A DNA stretch of 64,000 bases from Macrostomum lignano. Its lineage: Eukaryota. The notes beneath the pieces are model-generated. The model saw only the letters and a list, made by a program, of their open reading frames with translations. It was not told the DNA's origin and did no database searches. The DNA lies in contig NIVC01000215.1 in NCBI GenBank assembly GCA_002269645.1, forward strand, positions 434,001 through 498,000. The letters run 5' to 3'. Position numbers and translations under genes: made by a program. Of the stretch, positions 11,887 to 24,999 are shown piece after piece (position 1 is the first letter of the stretch; each line of letters starts with the position of its first letter).

Positions 11887-12115
11887 CCTAGATGTGATCC
11901 CTAATCCTGCACCTGCAGTGTGACACCTGGTTGTGACAGGTGTAGCCTAGATGTGATCATTAATCCTTCACCACTGTGACACCTGGTTGTGACAGGTGTA
12001 GCCTAGATGTGATCCCTAATCCTACACCAGTGTGACACCTGGTTGTAACAGGTGTAGCCTAGATGTGGTCCTTAATTAATCCTGCAACGGTGTGACAAGT
12101 GGGTGTGACAGGTGT
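11872..12115. repeat. 56-59-bp minisatellite, ~4 copies
   Basis: GACAGGTGTAGCCTAGATGTG recurs with its GTGTAG at 11881, 11940, 11996, 12052. Confidence 0.9.
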
Positions 12116-13189
12116 GTGCATGTTCACACGCATGCACACTCCTGGCTTGTACCGCAACTGCTAATCACTGATATCTTGCCGAAGCAATTTTATTTTGATG
12201 CAATACTCGCACACGTAAAACTATGAGTATTTTTTCATTCCCCATGGTACATGTACAGTAAAGATGTGAGAGAAATGCTTTTTCTTTCAGTAAAAAATCT
12301 ACATATTTCACGCAACATTTTTTTCAGAATAAGCCCCGTTATATTTAGTTATCTAGACGTTTCGAAATTTCGGAATCTCACTTAACCAAATTTAAATAAA
12401 CGATGCATTATAACAAATACTTTTGTTTTTTTTATAGTGAATTTATTTAGAAGAGTAGCTACGTTACGTGTATTTGATTCCAAATAATTTCTATCTTAAT
12501 TTTCTATGTTCCAAAGCAGCTTTTATTCAATATAACGTGTCGTTCATGTGAATTTTTTGCTTTTTGTTTTTATAAAATTTTAAGAAAATTTAACAAAGTT
12601 AATTGCTTTTTAAATTTTTTGAGCTCTTTTCACAACTGAAAAATCCACCTTAAAGCAAACAGCTGTTACTATTAAAAAAATTGTGCTTTGTTACTGTGAC
12701 GTCTTGCTGCAATTTATTAAATCATATAACAAATCGAGGCTTTTAAGCAAAGTTTATAGATGTTTCGCAAAGTATAGTTTTTCGGTACTTTTAAATTTTC
12801 TCATAGTATGAGAGGGACTTCTTGTCTGGCTTAGCTAAATTTTTTTATTTAAAAATTTTGTTGTTAATTTGTCGCGTTGGAAAGAAATTAAATTTTGTTT
12901 TCTAAGAAATTGATTTTTAACGTGAGAGAATGCGTACGCAGTATATCCAAGAGTTTTTAAATTATGTATTTACGAGAGTGGTAATACTAATACAAACTTG
13001 CATAATATCTTCTATATTGTTTGACGATGTTAGGGCGATTGTAATAATTAAATATAGATGGTTTTTTGGTTGTTTATCAATTATTGAAAAGGTATTTTAA
13101 ATGTTCAGGTATTACAAAATATCTTACAGCTTCCGGAAACTTTAACAAAAAATAGTAATCGGTCCTTTTCAGGGGTTTCTAGTTAGGCT

Positions 13190-14850
13190 TTTTTCTGAAT
13201 CTGAAGAAGCGACCGCGTTTCTGATTCTGAAGAAGTGACCGCTTTTCTAATTCTGAAGAATTTTGACCGCTTTTCTGATTCTGAAGAAGTGACCGCTTTT
13301 CTGATTCTGAAGAAGTGACCGCTTTTCTGATTCTGAAGAAGTCACCGCTGTTCTGAATCTGAAGAAGTGACCGCTTTTCTGATTCTGAAGAAGTCACCGC
13401 TGTTCTGATTCTGAAGAAGTGACCGCTTTTTTGAATCTGAAGAAGTCACCGCTGTTCTGAGTCTGAAGAAGTGACCGCTTTTCTGATTTTAAAGAAGTGA
13501 CCGTTTTTTTAATCTGAAGAAGTGACCGCTTTTCTGAGTCTGAAGAAATGACCGCTTTTCTAAATCTGAAGAATTGACTGCTTTTCTGATTCTGAAGAAT
13601 TGACTGCTTTCTGATTCTGAAGAAGTGACCGCTTTTCTGAGTCTGAAGAAGTGACCGCTTTTCTGATTCTGAAGAAGTGACCGCTTTTTTGAATCTGAAG
13701 AAGTGACCGCTTTTCTGATTCTGAAGAAGTGACCGCTTTTCTGAGTCTGAAGAAGTGACCGCTTTTCTGATTTTAAAGAAGTGACCGTTTTTTTAATCTG
13801 AAGAAGTGACCGCTTTTCTGAGTCTGAAGAAGTGACCGCTTTTCTGATTTTAAAGAAGTGACCGTTTTTTTAATCTGAAGAAGTGACCGCTTTTCTGAGT
13901 CTGAAGAAGTGACCGCTTTTCTGATTTTAAAGAAGTGACCGTTTTTTTAATCTGAAGAAGTGACCGCTTTTCTGAGTCTGAAGAAATGACCGCTTTTCTA
14001 AATCTGAAGAATTGACTGCTTTTCTGATTCTGAAGAATTGACTGCTTTCTGATTCTGAAGAAGTGACCGCTTTTCTGAGTCTGAAGAAGTGACCGTTTTC
14101 TGATTCTGAAGAAGTGACCGCTTTTCTGATTCTGAAGAATTGACTGCTTTCTGATTCTGAAGAAGTGACCGCTTTTCTGAGTCTGAAGAAGTGACCGTTT
14201 TCTGATTTTAAAGAAGTGACCGTTTTTTTAATCTGAAGAAGTGACCGCTTTTCTGAGTCTGAAGAAGTGACCGCTTTTCTGATTTTAAAGAAGTGACCAC
14301 TTTTTTTAATCTGAAGAAGTGACCGCTTTTCTGGGTCTGAAGAAGTGACTGCTTTTCTGATTCTGAGGAATTGACTGCTTTTCTGAGTCTGAAGAATTGA
14401 CTGCTTTTCTGATTCTGAGGAATTGACTGCTTTTCTGATTCTGAAGATGTGACCGCTTTTCTGAGTCTGAAGAATTGACTGCTTTTCTGATTCTGAGGAA
14501 TTGACTGCTTTTCTGAGTCTGAAGAATTGACTGCTTTTCTGATTCTGAGGAATTGACTGCTTTTCTGATTCTGAAGATGTGACCGCTTTTCTGAGTCTGA
14601 AGAATTGACTGCTTTTCTGATTCTGAGGAATTGACTGCTTTTCTGAGTCTGAAGAATTGACTGCTTTTCTGATTCTGAGGAATTGACTGCTTTTCTGATT
14701 CTGAAGATGTGACCGCTTTTCTGAGTCTGAAGATGTGACCGCTGTTCTGAGTCTGAAGAAATGACCGCTTTTCTAAATCTGAAGAATTGACCGCTTTTCT
14801 GAGTCTGAAGATGTGACCGCTGTTCTGAGTCTGAAGTGAACGCTTTTCAA
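13190..14850. repeat. 26-bp minisatellite between the convergent PPIP5K and lactamase genes
   Basis: Unit TTCTGAAGAAGTGACCGCTTTTCTGA. Confidence 0.95.
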
Positions 14851-14924
14851 TGCCTGTCTCTGAGGCAACCAAGTTACACAGCATAGTTCTCTCGCGTAGA
14901 AAAATTCCAATTCTCGGGCGTCAA

Positions 14925-17417
14925 TCAATCGCAGCAGTTAATAGCGGCCGTCAGCAGCTTCAGGCATCGAGGATCGTCGCCAAAGTGCATCGGCGACAAC
15001 GAGTTGGTGAGGAAGGCCACGCAGAGACGTCTGTCTGGGTCGCAGTAGAGGAACTGACCTCCGTAGCCAACGCAACCGAGCAGCCAATTGTCGCAACCGT
15101 CGATACGAAGCGGCAGCGAGCCTGGTCCGATGCCCACTCGGCAGCCGCAATTCGGATTGCCCTCCGGCATTCCCCTCACCGGCTGTCGCAGCCGATCGAC
15201 GCAGCTTGAGTCTGGGACGATCTTGCCCGAGCAGAGAAGCGACATCAGTCGGGCGAAACTCTCGGCAGTGCCGTAGGCCCCCGCGACAGTTGACGAGTAA
15301 TTCAAGGATGCTGCCCGGGTCGTTGCTAGGAGATGTCGCAGGCTTGGCCAGAACTCGGGCCTGGCGATGCAGCGCCACAGCAGCGTCCAGTTCCGGGTGG
15401 GCCTGGCCACCTGCTGCGGACGTCGATGCGAGCTGCCCGCGGCTCCCACCGACTGCACCGCGGCTCCAATGCGGATGTGCAGACCATGCGGCTCAGCGAC
15501 CTCCTCGCGGAAGTAGTCTGCCAGTTTCCTGCGCAAATTTTTGGCAATTTAGACTGGTTAGGGTCCTTTGTGTCATCCATTCTCTGCACCATCCCTCCTC
15601 TGCACCATCCATCATCTGCACCATCCATCCTCTGCACCATCCATCCTCTGCACCATCCCTCCTCTGCACCATCCATTCTCTGCACCATCCATCCTCTGCA
15701 CCATCCATTCTCTGCACCATCCATCCTCTGCACCATCCATCATCTGCACCATCAATCATCTGCACCATCCATCATCTGCACCATCCATCCTCTGCACCAT
15801 CCATCATCTTCACCATCCATCCTCTGCACCATCCATCCTCTGCACCATCCATCATCTGCACCATCAATCATCTGCACCATCCATCATCTGCACCATCCAT
15901 CCTCTGCACCATCCATCATCTTCACCATCCATCCTCTGCACCATCCATTCTCTGCACCATCCATCCTCTGCACCATCCATCATCTGCACCATCAATCATC
16001 TGCACCATCCATCATCTGCACCATCCATCCTCTGCACCATCCATCATCTTCACCATCCATCCTCTGCACCATCCATTCTCTGCACCATCCATCCTCTGCA
16101 CCATCCATCATCTGCACCATCAATCATCTGCACCATCCATCATCTGCACCATCCATCCTCTGCACCATCCATCATCTTCACCATCCATCCTCTGCACCAT
16201 CCATCCTCTGCACCATCCATCATCTGCACCATCCATCATCTGCACCATCCATCATCTGCACCATCCATGCTCTGCACCGTCTGTTCGCCAACCTACCTGC
16301 CTTTCGGGTCAACTCGCTGCACCAGACCATCAGCATATAGTCCCCAAGTCCCAAGTGTAGCTTTGACGTCGTTTTGCGACTGTCGCCCATGTGCCGATCC
16401 GGCATGAGCACTGATGGACTCGCCGAGGCCTTCAGACTGGCTGAGAAGCTGGAGAACTGTGATGGCGGAATTATTACTGGCTGACAACTCTGGCCAGTAA
16501 TCAGCTACTGGCTTGCTGTAGTCCAGGTAGCCCTGTCGATGCGATATGTATAATTAGGATAATATTTATAATCTATGGGACCAGGTTCCTAATCTATGGG
16601 ATCAGGTTCCTAATCTATGGGATCAGGTTCCTATTCTATGAGATAAGGTTTCTAATCTATGAGATCAAGTTCCTAATCTATAGGATCAGGTTCCTAATCT
16701 ATGGGATCAGGTTCCTAATCTATGGGATAAGGTTTCTAATCTATGAGATCAAGTTCCTAATCTATAGGATCAGGTTCCTAATCTATGGGATCAGGTTCCT
16801 AATCTATGGGATCAGGTTCCTAATCTATGGGATCAGGTTCCTAATCTATGGGATCAGGTTCCTAATCTATGGGATCAGGTTCCTAATCTATAGGATCAGG
16901 TTCCTAATCTATAGGATCAGGTTCCTAATCTATAGGATCAGGTTCCTAATCTATGGGATCAGGTTCCTAATCTATGGGATCAGGTTCCTAATCTACGGGA
17001 TCAGGTTCCTAATCTATGGGATCAGGTTCCTAATCTATGGGATCAGGTTCCCACTATCGCAGCTCCAACCTGAGCACTCAACCGCGCCAGACAGACGCCA
17101 GCCAGAAACCTGCTAGAACACGAGTACGCATTGGCTTCAGTCCGGCGGTGCCATTCATCGCTGGTGCTTGGGTCGGCAACTCCCGACCAGATATCTGCTA
17201 CCAGTTGTCCATGGTGGAAGACAGCCAGTGCGCTGCCGCCCCTGCTAGCAGATTCAAAGTCCTTGCAGCACGATTCGTACGCCTGCTTCAACGGTTGAAA
17301 TGCTGCGCTGGTGAAGCCGTGTGAGCTTCTGGCTGACTGAAGTCGCCTGCTACGCAGGGTTCTGTCAATGATGAAGATAATTATCAGGCTCAGTACTACT
17401 GACGCAGACAGTAGCAT
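14925..17417 (-). CDS. Beta-lactamase-fold (serine hydrolase family) protein with N-terminal hydrophobic anchor, probably catalytically degenerate
   Basis: Exons 17417-17070, 16532-16297, 15528-14925 (395 aa; phases 0 and 2 match). Motifs: GGSALAVFHHGQLVADIWSG, GYLDYSKPVADYWPE, QRVDPKGRKLADYFREEVAEP, GYGGQFLYCDP, AFLTN. N-terminus MLLSASVVLSLIIIFII. Confidence 0.85.
15575..16280. repeat. 16-bp minisatellite, lactamase intron 2
   Basis: Unit TGCACCATCCATCCTC. Confidence 0.95.
16575..17050. repeat. 21-bp minisatellite, lactamase intron 1
   Basis: Unit CTAATCTATGGGATCAGGTTC. Confidence 0.95.
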
Positions 17418-19059
17418 GATTGAACTGTACGGCCGATAACGGATCGAGCAAAAAACCAATATATAGGACAATTTTATATCGAATTTAGCGGATCGAATTC
17501 GATCAGCTTTGGAAGCAGAGGACTGCTTGATAAACAGTGGCACAGAACAGAAAATTTATGCAGCCAAAATTTACGCGCACTACAGTTTTCTCAGCGCATT
17601 TTTATTTGGCTTGAATTTTTTAGAACTGCGCGCACTGTTGAGTAAAGGTGCTTATCAACAATGTGCTCGCGATCAAGTGTGCACATATACGGTTACATGT
17701 ATGTGGACGAGAGGACGAATTCTCTGAACTTGAATCGGTTGCGTGCATTAAATCTCTCTTTTACTGCAAGAAATCTCTTCTGTGCATATACCACAGATAC
17801 TAAATACTAAAAGAAGGTGCAGTGTTATACTATCTGTGCTTCATGCATGTATAGTTTACCGCGGCCGGTGCTTATCTGCATGTAAGCTATATGCACATGT
17901 ACATTGAATCTTTTCTTCTGTATTACGTACTTTTGCATATTGAAAGTACGGGTATATGCATGTATAAGAACAGTAATAGCATTTTATTACTTATAATAAT
18001 CTCTGGAGTTATAAATAATTAATACATGTACGTAATTTCATGTTATATCATTAATCGAACTCCCGTATTTTGTGCATGTGTGTATCATGTGATGTTGATA
18101 TCCATGTATCGGCCGCCGGGAACATCGACACGTACTTACGCTCGTAAGAAAAATATAGAGTTAAGCGATACGCTAAATAAAGGTCTTGGAGTATATATGC
18201 AGATACTACGTAAATGAAGTCCACGGTTCTTAAAGCCTTAAAATGAAGAAAAAACAATTTTAAAAGAAGTTACATTATTTATTTGAATATAGATACACTT
18301 TTTTATAGTGTTAATTGCTATGCATGCATCTTTACCGTATATTGTTGTTATAAATGTTAGTATATTGTTTTTAGCTAATACATCTATAGTTGCAATAATA
18401 ACATTTTTTAAGTATCGCACCAGTGTGCATGCACGGTGAAACCATGCATTCCTGCAGCTGTCGCAGTCCAGTTGATCCGTCATCACCATCATTGACGCTG
18501 TTTCGGCAAAAAGGGCATTTTGGAGCTCGCCGACGCCCGCTAGTATAGGCATTGTTCAGATGCACGATGCAACGTACCCCAAGGCGCGACATCATTGAGG
18601 ACCGCGATGTTTCTACGAAAATTTACTTCCAAGAAGTGTTCACGGTTTAAACAAATTTGACATCGCATAACCACTTCTCACATTCTCTGGCTGGTGCAGC
18701 TATAATAATCATGACAGTGAGGCGGAAGGCCTTTTAGTTTCAATAGATGGAATGGCAGCGAAGAGTTTTGTGCTGCATTGCGTGTATATTTAAATGTACA
18801 CAGACTGCGCGAGATTGAGGGGCCTAGGGAGGTGCGAAAAGGTGGCGTGGCGTGATAGGCTACGCCGAAACCCCGGCTTAGCGAGCCGGCTAGCATGGCG
18901 CGCACCCACCCCACCTCAGCTAGACAGAGGTTTGGGGGCGTTTCCAGTGCGGCTGCACTGGTGCTGCCAGTCGCGTACAGTCTGGCCGCCACACAGCTCC
19001 CCCCAGCACCGAGCTAGGCCCCGAACGTCGGGTGGTAGCCGAGGCCGCGAGAATGCCGA

Positions 19060-19285
19060 GGAGCGGGCGCCGAAGGCAGCAGAGGCGCGAGGCGGGCGCC
19101 GATGGTAGCAGGGCGCCGAGCGGGCGCCAGGCGGGCGCCGAAGGCAGCAGCAGGGTGCCAGGCGGGCGCCGAAGGCAGCAGCATGGCGCCAGGCGGGCGC
19201 CGAAGGCAGCAGCAGGGCGCCAGGCGGGCGCCGAAGGCAGCAGCAGGGCGCCAGGCGGGCGCCGAAGGCAGCAGCAGGGGTGCAC
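19060..19285. repeat. 30-bp GC-rich minisatellite
   Basis: Unit GGCGCCAGGCGGGCGCCGAAGGCAGCAGCA. Confidence 0.9.
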
Positions 19286-19794
19286 GGCCGGACCACACCC
19301 GAGGCAATCGACAGTCAGTTGCCGCCGTGAGCCGGGTCGATGCTCCTGCACAGAGGCTGGGGACGTTAGGCTAGCAACAGCGGTGCTAGCCTAGAATGAG
19401 CTGCAGCGTGTGGCGCTGGTTGGTCCAACGCGGGGGCCGAAAGGCGAGACCCCAGGAGCTACCGGGTGGCGGGCTGACTGGGCCGATTCGTGCTGCGGGC
19501 CGCGGGGTACTGCTGTGGCTGCTGGGCTGCGGTGCTGCTGTGCTGCCGTTGCAGTCGGCCAAGGCGGTTGGCTGCCAGGACCGCACAGGGCCGACCAGGT
19601 ATAGGCCCAGCGTTCCGCGCTGGGAGTCGGGCTCACCAATGAGGCGGTGACAAAAAACAAACAAAAACTACAAAACTACAAAAAATTTGCTGAGTTGCCG
19701 CTATGTCTGGTTGGCGAAATGCCGATTGACGAAATGCCGCGGGTTGACGAAATGCCAGTTGACGAAATGCCGGTTGATGAAATGTCCGGTCAAC

Positions 19795-20021
19795 TTTGGG
19801 GCGCAAACACGAGTATAAGGATCGAGCGCCAATTTTCAAGCTGGGCGCAAAAAATGTGTGTATAGTATATTAGGGGGGGGGGCGAAAAATCAAGCTTAGG
19901 AGCGCAAAATAGTAGTGTATGCGTTTAAGGGCGAAAAATCAAGTTTAGGGGCGCAAACATAGGTTTTTTTGGGGGGGGGGGGGGGGGGCGGTCGATCTCC
20001 CCCCCCCTAAATTCGCCACTG
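19795..20021. mobile_element. One end of a hAT-type non-autonomous element
   Basis: Ends in CCCCTAAATTCGCCACTG (reverse complement CAGTGGCGAATTTAGGGG) with repeated GGGGCG(C)AAA subterminal motifs. No partner end was found. Confidence 0.45.
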
Positions 20022-23000
20022 GTTTCGGATCATCCAAGAAAAAAAGCAGTAACTACATAACTTTGTTGAATGTTTGACTTTCTTAACAGCCTCGCTTTGC
20101 AAAAATTTTTGCTTTCTTCTTGGCTATTCCCATTTAATAATTACAACTTTATAGCAAGTATATGCCTCTAGTTTAGAATTCAAAAATGTTATACTCCACA
20201 AACCAGGTTCTAGAACCAGAACAAGCAATATGAAAACACCCAATCTCATAATCTCTATGACTGAATCACAATAGGTAAGCAAAATATGCAAAAAATATTT
20301 TACTAATAAAGTTTATATTTTCTTCTGTACTTATTTGTTTACCTTAGTAAATACTACAAAGTTTATTATTATTCGTTATACCAAGTGAATTTTTAAACTT
20401 GACTTTTACAAGAAAAAACTCTAATTTGTTTTCCGCGCGATGACTCATTTTTGAAATGAAAATACTTTAACTTGTGCAAAGCAAACAGATTGTTCACATT
20501 TCAAACTTTTCGTGTCTGTTTTTGAGTACCTAAAATCACTCATATTTTAGGCCCTTTACCATTCATCTATCACCTAAACCTTTCAATCAAGCATCATAAG
20601 TTATGACGTCTGTTCCACGTTTTAATGTGTCAGCTAGGTATAGAAAGGATGGTAAGCTTTTTGAATGTTAAAGTTTTGTAAATGTGCTTTTAAATTGATT
20701 TGATGGAGTAATTTTAAAGTGTTAATTTTCTAAGTATGATATACAGACCTGGTATTTGATATTTGATTTTAGAAGCTGCAACCTGAGTCCCTGACTCTGT
20801 GACCCTGTCCCTGCATGGATGATCATGAATCCATGATGATGGATCATGGATGCTGATAGTCCTAAAAGTAAAAATATCACAACACTAAGGACTAGGTCTA
20901 AGCCTGGGCCAATTGTAGGGATTGCAAAATCCCAGTTTTATGCAATCATGGGATCCCAGAATTTGCAGTATAGTTCAAGACAAAAAATTGGTATAATTTA
21001 GTGCAAGACAAAAACTTTCAATGAGACCAGTGTGCGGATCATGTACCTGTGTACGCCGGAAAAAATTCGGGCATCAAGGACTTTGTATGCCAGTATACGC
21101 CAAAAACAAAAAGTTGCTTTAATGTACACCAAAAATTCCTAAAAAAAGTCATTTGGTTTCACAAGTAGAGTTTTCTAAGAAAGGCTTTCATATGAAAAGT
21201 GTTTTTAAAATATTACAAATATTTTCAATTTAAACAAACTTAAATTATACCTACAAAAATATAATGCAAAATTAATACTCTCAGCAAAAATTTACACTTA
21301 TTTTATTTATTATTAATTTAAAAGAAGCCAATAGTTTATCACTGCTGATATAAATTTTCCTTTACTTTACGTAAAAATGTTAATTTACATGACAATTTTC
21401 ATGAATGGCATGAATTTATTCACCAAAATTTGTATGCCAAAAAAGTATGCGTGGCTGGCTGTGTTACTTGTGTACACCAATAGTGTATGCCAACAAAGTG
21501 CGCCAGGGGTTGTATACACCAATTGTGTATGCCAAGGACTTAGGGTGGCCATTTTGTATGCCAGAAAAGTTCCAGTGTACATCTGCAACCTGGCAATGAG
21601 ACAAGATTTTTGTAGATAGAAAATTAGCACTTTTTTTCTTGTAGGCCTATACTGAAAGCTTTTTCAATTAAAATATATTAACATCGTATTTTCTATAAAA
21701 AAGATTCAAATATAATATAAGTTTTACCTTTTTAGGCCTAGGCCTAGTTTAACCCATATTTTTTAAATAGAAAATTATACTAATTTTGTCAATGTTTTTA
21801 TAAAATGTTAATAGTAATTTGTAGTGTTCCGCTACAGATATAGCTATGGCTATGGCCTATGGGATCCTACAGCAAATATGGTAAAATAGATGCCTACGGC
21901 AGCTACCATACTCTGGATCATATAGTATATGCCTGAAAATTCAGGAATGCATTGGCTTTGCACACCAAAATTAGGCATGCACACCTGGCGTGCACTTTAT
22001 AAAATCACACATAAGAGTTATTGTGAAGTAGAAAAAAGATGAAAAAAATTCATTTTTAAGCACATATTTCAAGCTGTCCAGTTTTTTTTCAAGCTCATAA
22101 AAGAGCATTTAAGCAAATCTTTTCATGTATAAATTTTCTGCTGTAAATAGTATCACCAAAAAAAGCATAAAAAGCAACCAAATTATCTGGTAATAAGGGT
22201 CTAATACACAATTTAAAAAAGGTATTTTTTATTGTTACAACATAAAAAAGGTCATTTGTTGTTGCAACACTGGCATATTTTTGAGAATGGATGTGCACAA
22301 CATTTTTTGGTGTGCATTTATAATTATTCAATTTTTGTTCAGGTGTGCACCTAGCAAAATCCAGACTATGGGGCAGTTACAGATATGCCTATGGTAGCTA
22401 GCTGCTTTTATGGCTACAACTACAGAAATATAGTAGTTGCTGTCACATTCCCTAGATGCCCATAGCCATACTTAGAAACTTACAGAATATACCTAATAAA
22501 GTATAATAAAACACTAGCAAACTCTAATTTTTATTAATGTGAAGAAAAAGTTTAGCATTAGTACTTTTAGTAGCAATTAAGTATTGTTGCCCTATAAAAA
22601 GACAAAATACAATCTTACAAAGGCAATAGAGTGTTTTCTTATTTTCTAACTTAATTTGCAGTTTTTTTAAGCACTAGGTTATCTTCTTGATTCAAAATAT
22701 TTTGTTTTCTAGAATTTTTGTAAAAACAGTGGCTATGGCTATGGGAACTACAGGAATATGGTAATAGAGAAATGAAGGCCAACACCAACATATAAGAAAT
22801 TATTATAATAGCCAATGCGTTTTGACACAAGCAGTCATCTTCAGGGCTTGCATTCATGATTCACAGTTCAGTATATTTAAATAGTATATTTAAATAGAGA
22901 AAATCAAAAACTATATATGGCAATAGACAAATGGGTTCAGTCTAATTGATAATTGTACATTAAGAGATGAAACTATAATAAATTATTTGGCCATCACACA

Positions 23001-23104
23001 GAAAATGCAACCACAGAGCAAACAAAATTGGGGAGGGGGAGAGCCTCAAACCCACACCAAGCCTAGAAAACCTTGAGCTGTAAACTAGCTCCTCCACCTG
23101 CAAG

Positions 23105-24620
23105 CTAAGTATTCAAACTAGGTCTATGATGCTTAATGTGCAAGGCTTCCAACACTCTAAGCTTGCCATCAAATCTATATCTATCCAAAACAGTGAAAAG
23201 CTCAGTCAGCTCATGCTCACAACAAGCATTGCAACTAAGCAAGTGATCATGCATAGTAGAGTTATTCATTCTATGCTCCCTAGCCCTAGTGTACAGGTGC
23301 CTTTTGGTTTTTCCTATGTAGGAAATGCTCTGATCACCAGAACAACAAAATTGATAGATGACACTATCAGACAGTGCTCTAGGGGCATTTGACTTCAACC
23401 TGCTAACAAACTGGCCGATTTTGGCAGTCTGAAACACAACCATGACCCAAGAGTTGAAATACTTCAAGAAGGTTCTTTTATGCTTCTTTTCCAGAGTCAG
23501 GATAGGACTCCAAGGAATGGGAGTTTGATCAGCAATATGGAATTTGACCTTTTAGCTTCGTCAGTCAAACTAGACTCAGTCATTTTCTTAGTCAGAGATC
23601 TGTTCAGCACTTTACTAACAAAACCCCTAGGGAAACCGTTACATTGAAAAATGTCAGTGAGCTTGACAACTTCTTGGTGGAAAGATTGCCAAGTACTATA
23701 GATACTAAACGCTCTGTGTATCATGCACCCGACAAGACCAGCCTTCCATTGGCGCGGGCACAATGCATTAAAGTTGAGCATGAGACCAGTAAATGTGGGT
23801 TTGCAGTACACCTTAGTGCTAACAGTGTCCAGACTCAACTCAACCTCAATGTCAAGAAAGGGCAACTTCTTATCACCCCTTTCCATGGTAAACTGAATGT
23901 TTGGGTGAGTAGAGTTCAGCGCTTGGAGAAATTGACTTTGCTCACTAGCCTCATCGAAGATCGCAAAGGTATCATCAACATACCTCCTATAGAAGGTCGG
24001 AGCACAAGGAAAAAGACATCCACTGCTTCTCCCAGTGAGCCATGCAAATGTTAGCCAGCGTGGGAGCAAGCAGGCTCCCCATAGCACACCCATCAACTTG
24101 GCGATAATATTTGTCTTGAAAGAGAAAGATGCCCTGCGTAGCTAAAGTCAGCAGCTTCCTAAACACTGCTTTAGGCATTTCAGGAGGAGACTCAGCAAAG
24201 ACAAGATCAGTGGCAAGATCTAAAGCAAGCTTGCGAGGAATGTTTGTGAATAACGAAGTGACATCAAAGCTGAACACACTATCATTACCGTCCAGCCTCA
24301 CAGATTTCAGAGCTTCAATGAACTGATGGTTAGAATTGACACTAAACTCTTGGGCATTTTTGGCTTGATGATAGAGTCTAAAAACCTGGCTAACTTATAC
24401 TCAGCAGTATTAATCATAGACACAATGGGACGCAGGAGCTTGTCCTCTTTGTGGACTTTGCACAGGCCATACAACTGGCCAGGCTGGCTACCACTGGGCA
24501 TTATACATTTGTACATTTCATTATTCACAAACCTCTTCACCTGAGTTCTAATGTAGGTTTGGATACTGCATTCAGCCTTTAGCACAGGGTGCATCATTGT
24601 CACCTCATCGTTAGGACCTA
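23105..24620 (-). mobile_element. Penelope-like retroelement, RT + GIY-YIG endonuclease, frameshifted
   Basis: Four frames give LYGLCKVHK..LRPIVS, FDVTSLFTNIP, GCAMGS..APTLAN, YRRYVDDTF, HPNIQFTME, LPFLDI, and GIY-YIG VIYQFCC..YIGKTKRHL..R.REH..LEAL.I....PSLN. Confidence 0.92.
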
Positions 24621-24971
24621 CTAGCAATCTAGCGCCCCCCTTTGGGGTGGCCAATAAGCAAGGGACGAATCCTTTAAAATGAAAAAAAAATTCTTAGGGA
24701 GGGGGGCTAGGAATTGAATTCTCATTTTAATTCCAGGCTTATGTACCAATAAAACATGTTTGTGCAGAATTTTATAACAGACATTGAAATTCAATCATAC
24801 TTGCCTTCTTTCAGAGCTACTTCTACCAGTATGCTTCAGTACGCTACCAGTACCCTTGTAAGCCTTGACATGTCAGCAATCCCCCCCACAAGCCTTAACA
24901 TATCAACTCCCCCCTTGACATCTCAGCGATGCTCCCATAAGCCTTGAAATCTTAAAAAATCTGTCTACTTT

Positions 24972-24999
24972 CTAACCCTAACCCTAACCCTAACCCTAA
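24972..24999. repeat. Short interstitial telomere-type (CCCTAA)n tract
   Basis: CTAACCCTAACCCTAACCCTAACCCTAA. Confidence 0.85.

Noticed and set aside
15206-16407. His-rich 280-380-aa plus-strand ORFs
   Set aside because: They are antisense to the lactamase gene and derive from the 16-bp array.
14925-17417. Horizontally acquired bacterial antibiotic-resistance gene
   Set aside because: The gene has two spliceosomal introns and motifs typical of animal lactamase-like proteins; the sequence alone gives no evidence of recent transfer.
18794-19664. Cluster of overlapping Ala/Arg/Pro-rich ORFs
   Set aside because: This pattern is expected from high GC and the 30-bp repeat; no domain is recognisable.
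22900-24760. Hammerhead ribozyme flanking the Penelope element
   Set aside because: No CTGATGA...GAAA core with pairing stems was found by eye on either strand; an Infernal search would be needed to exclude it.
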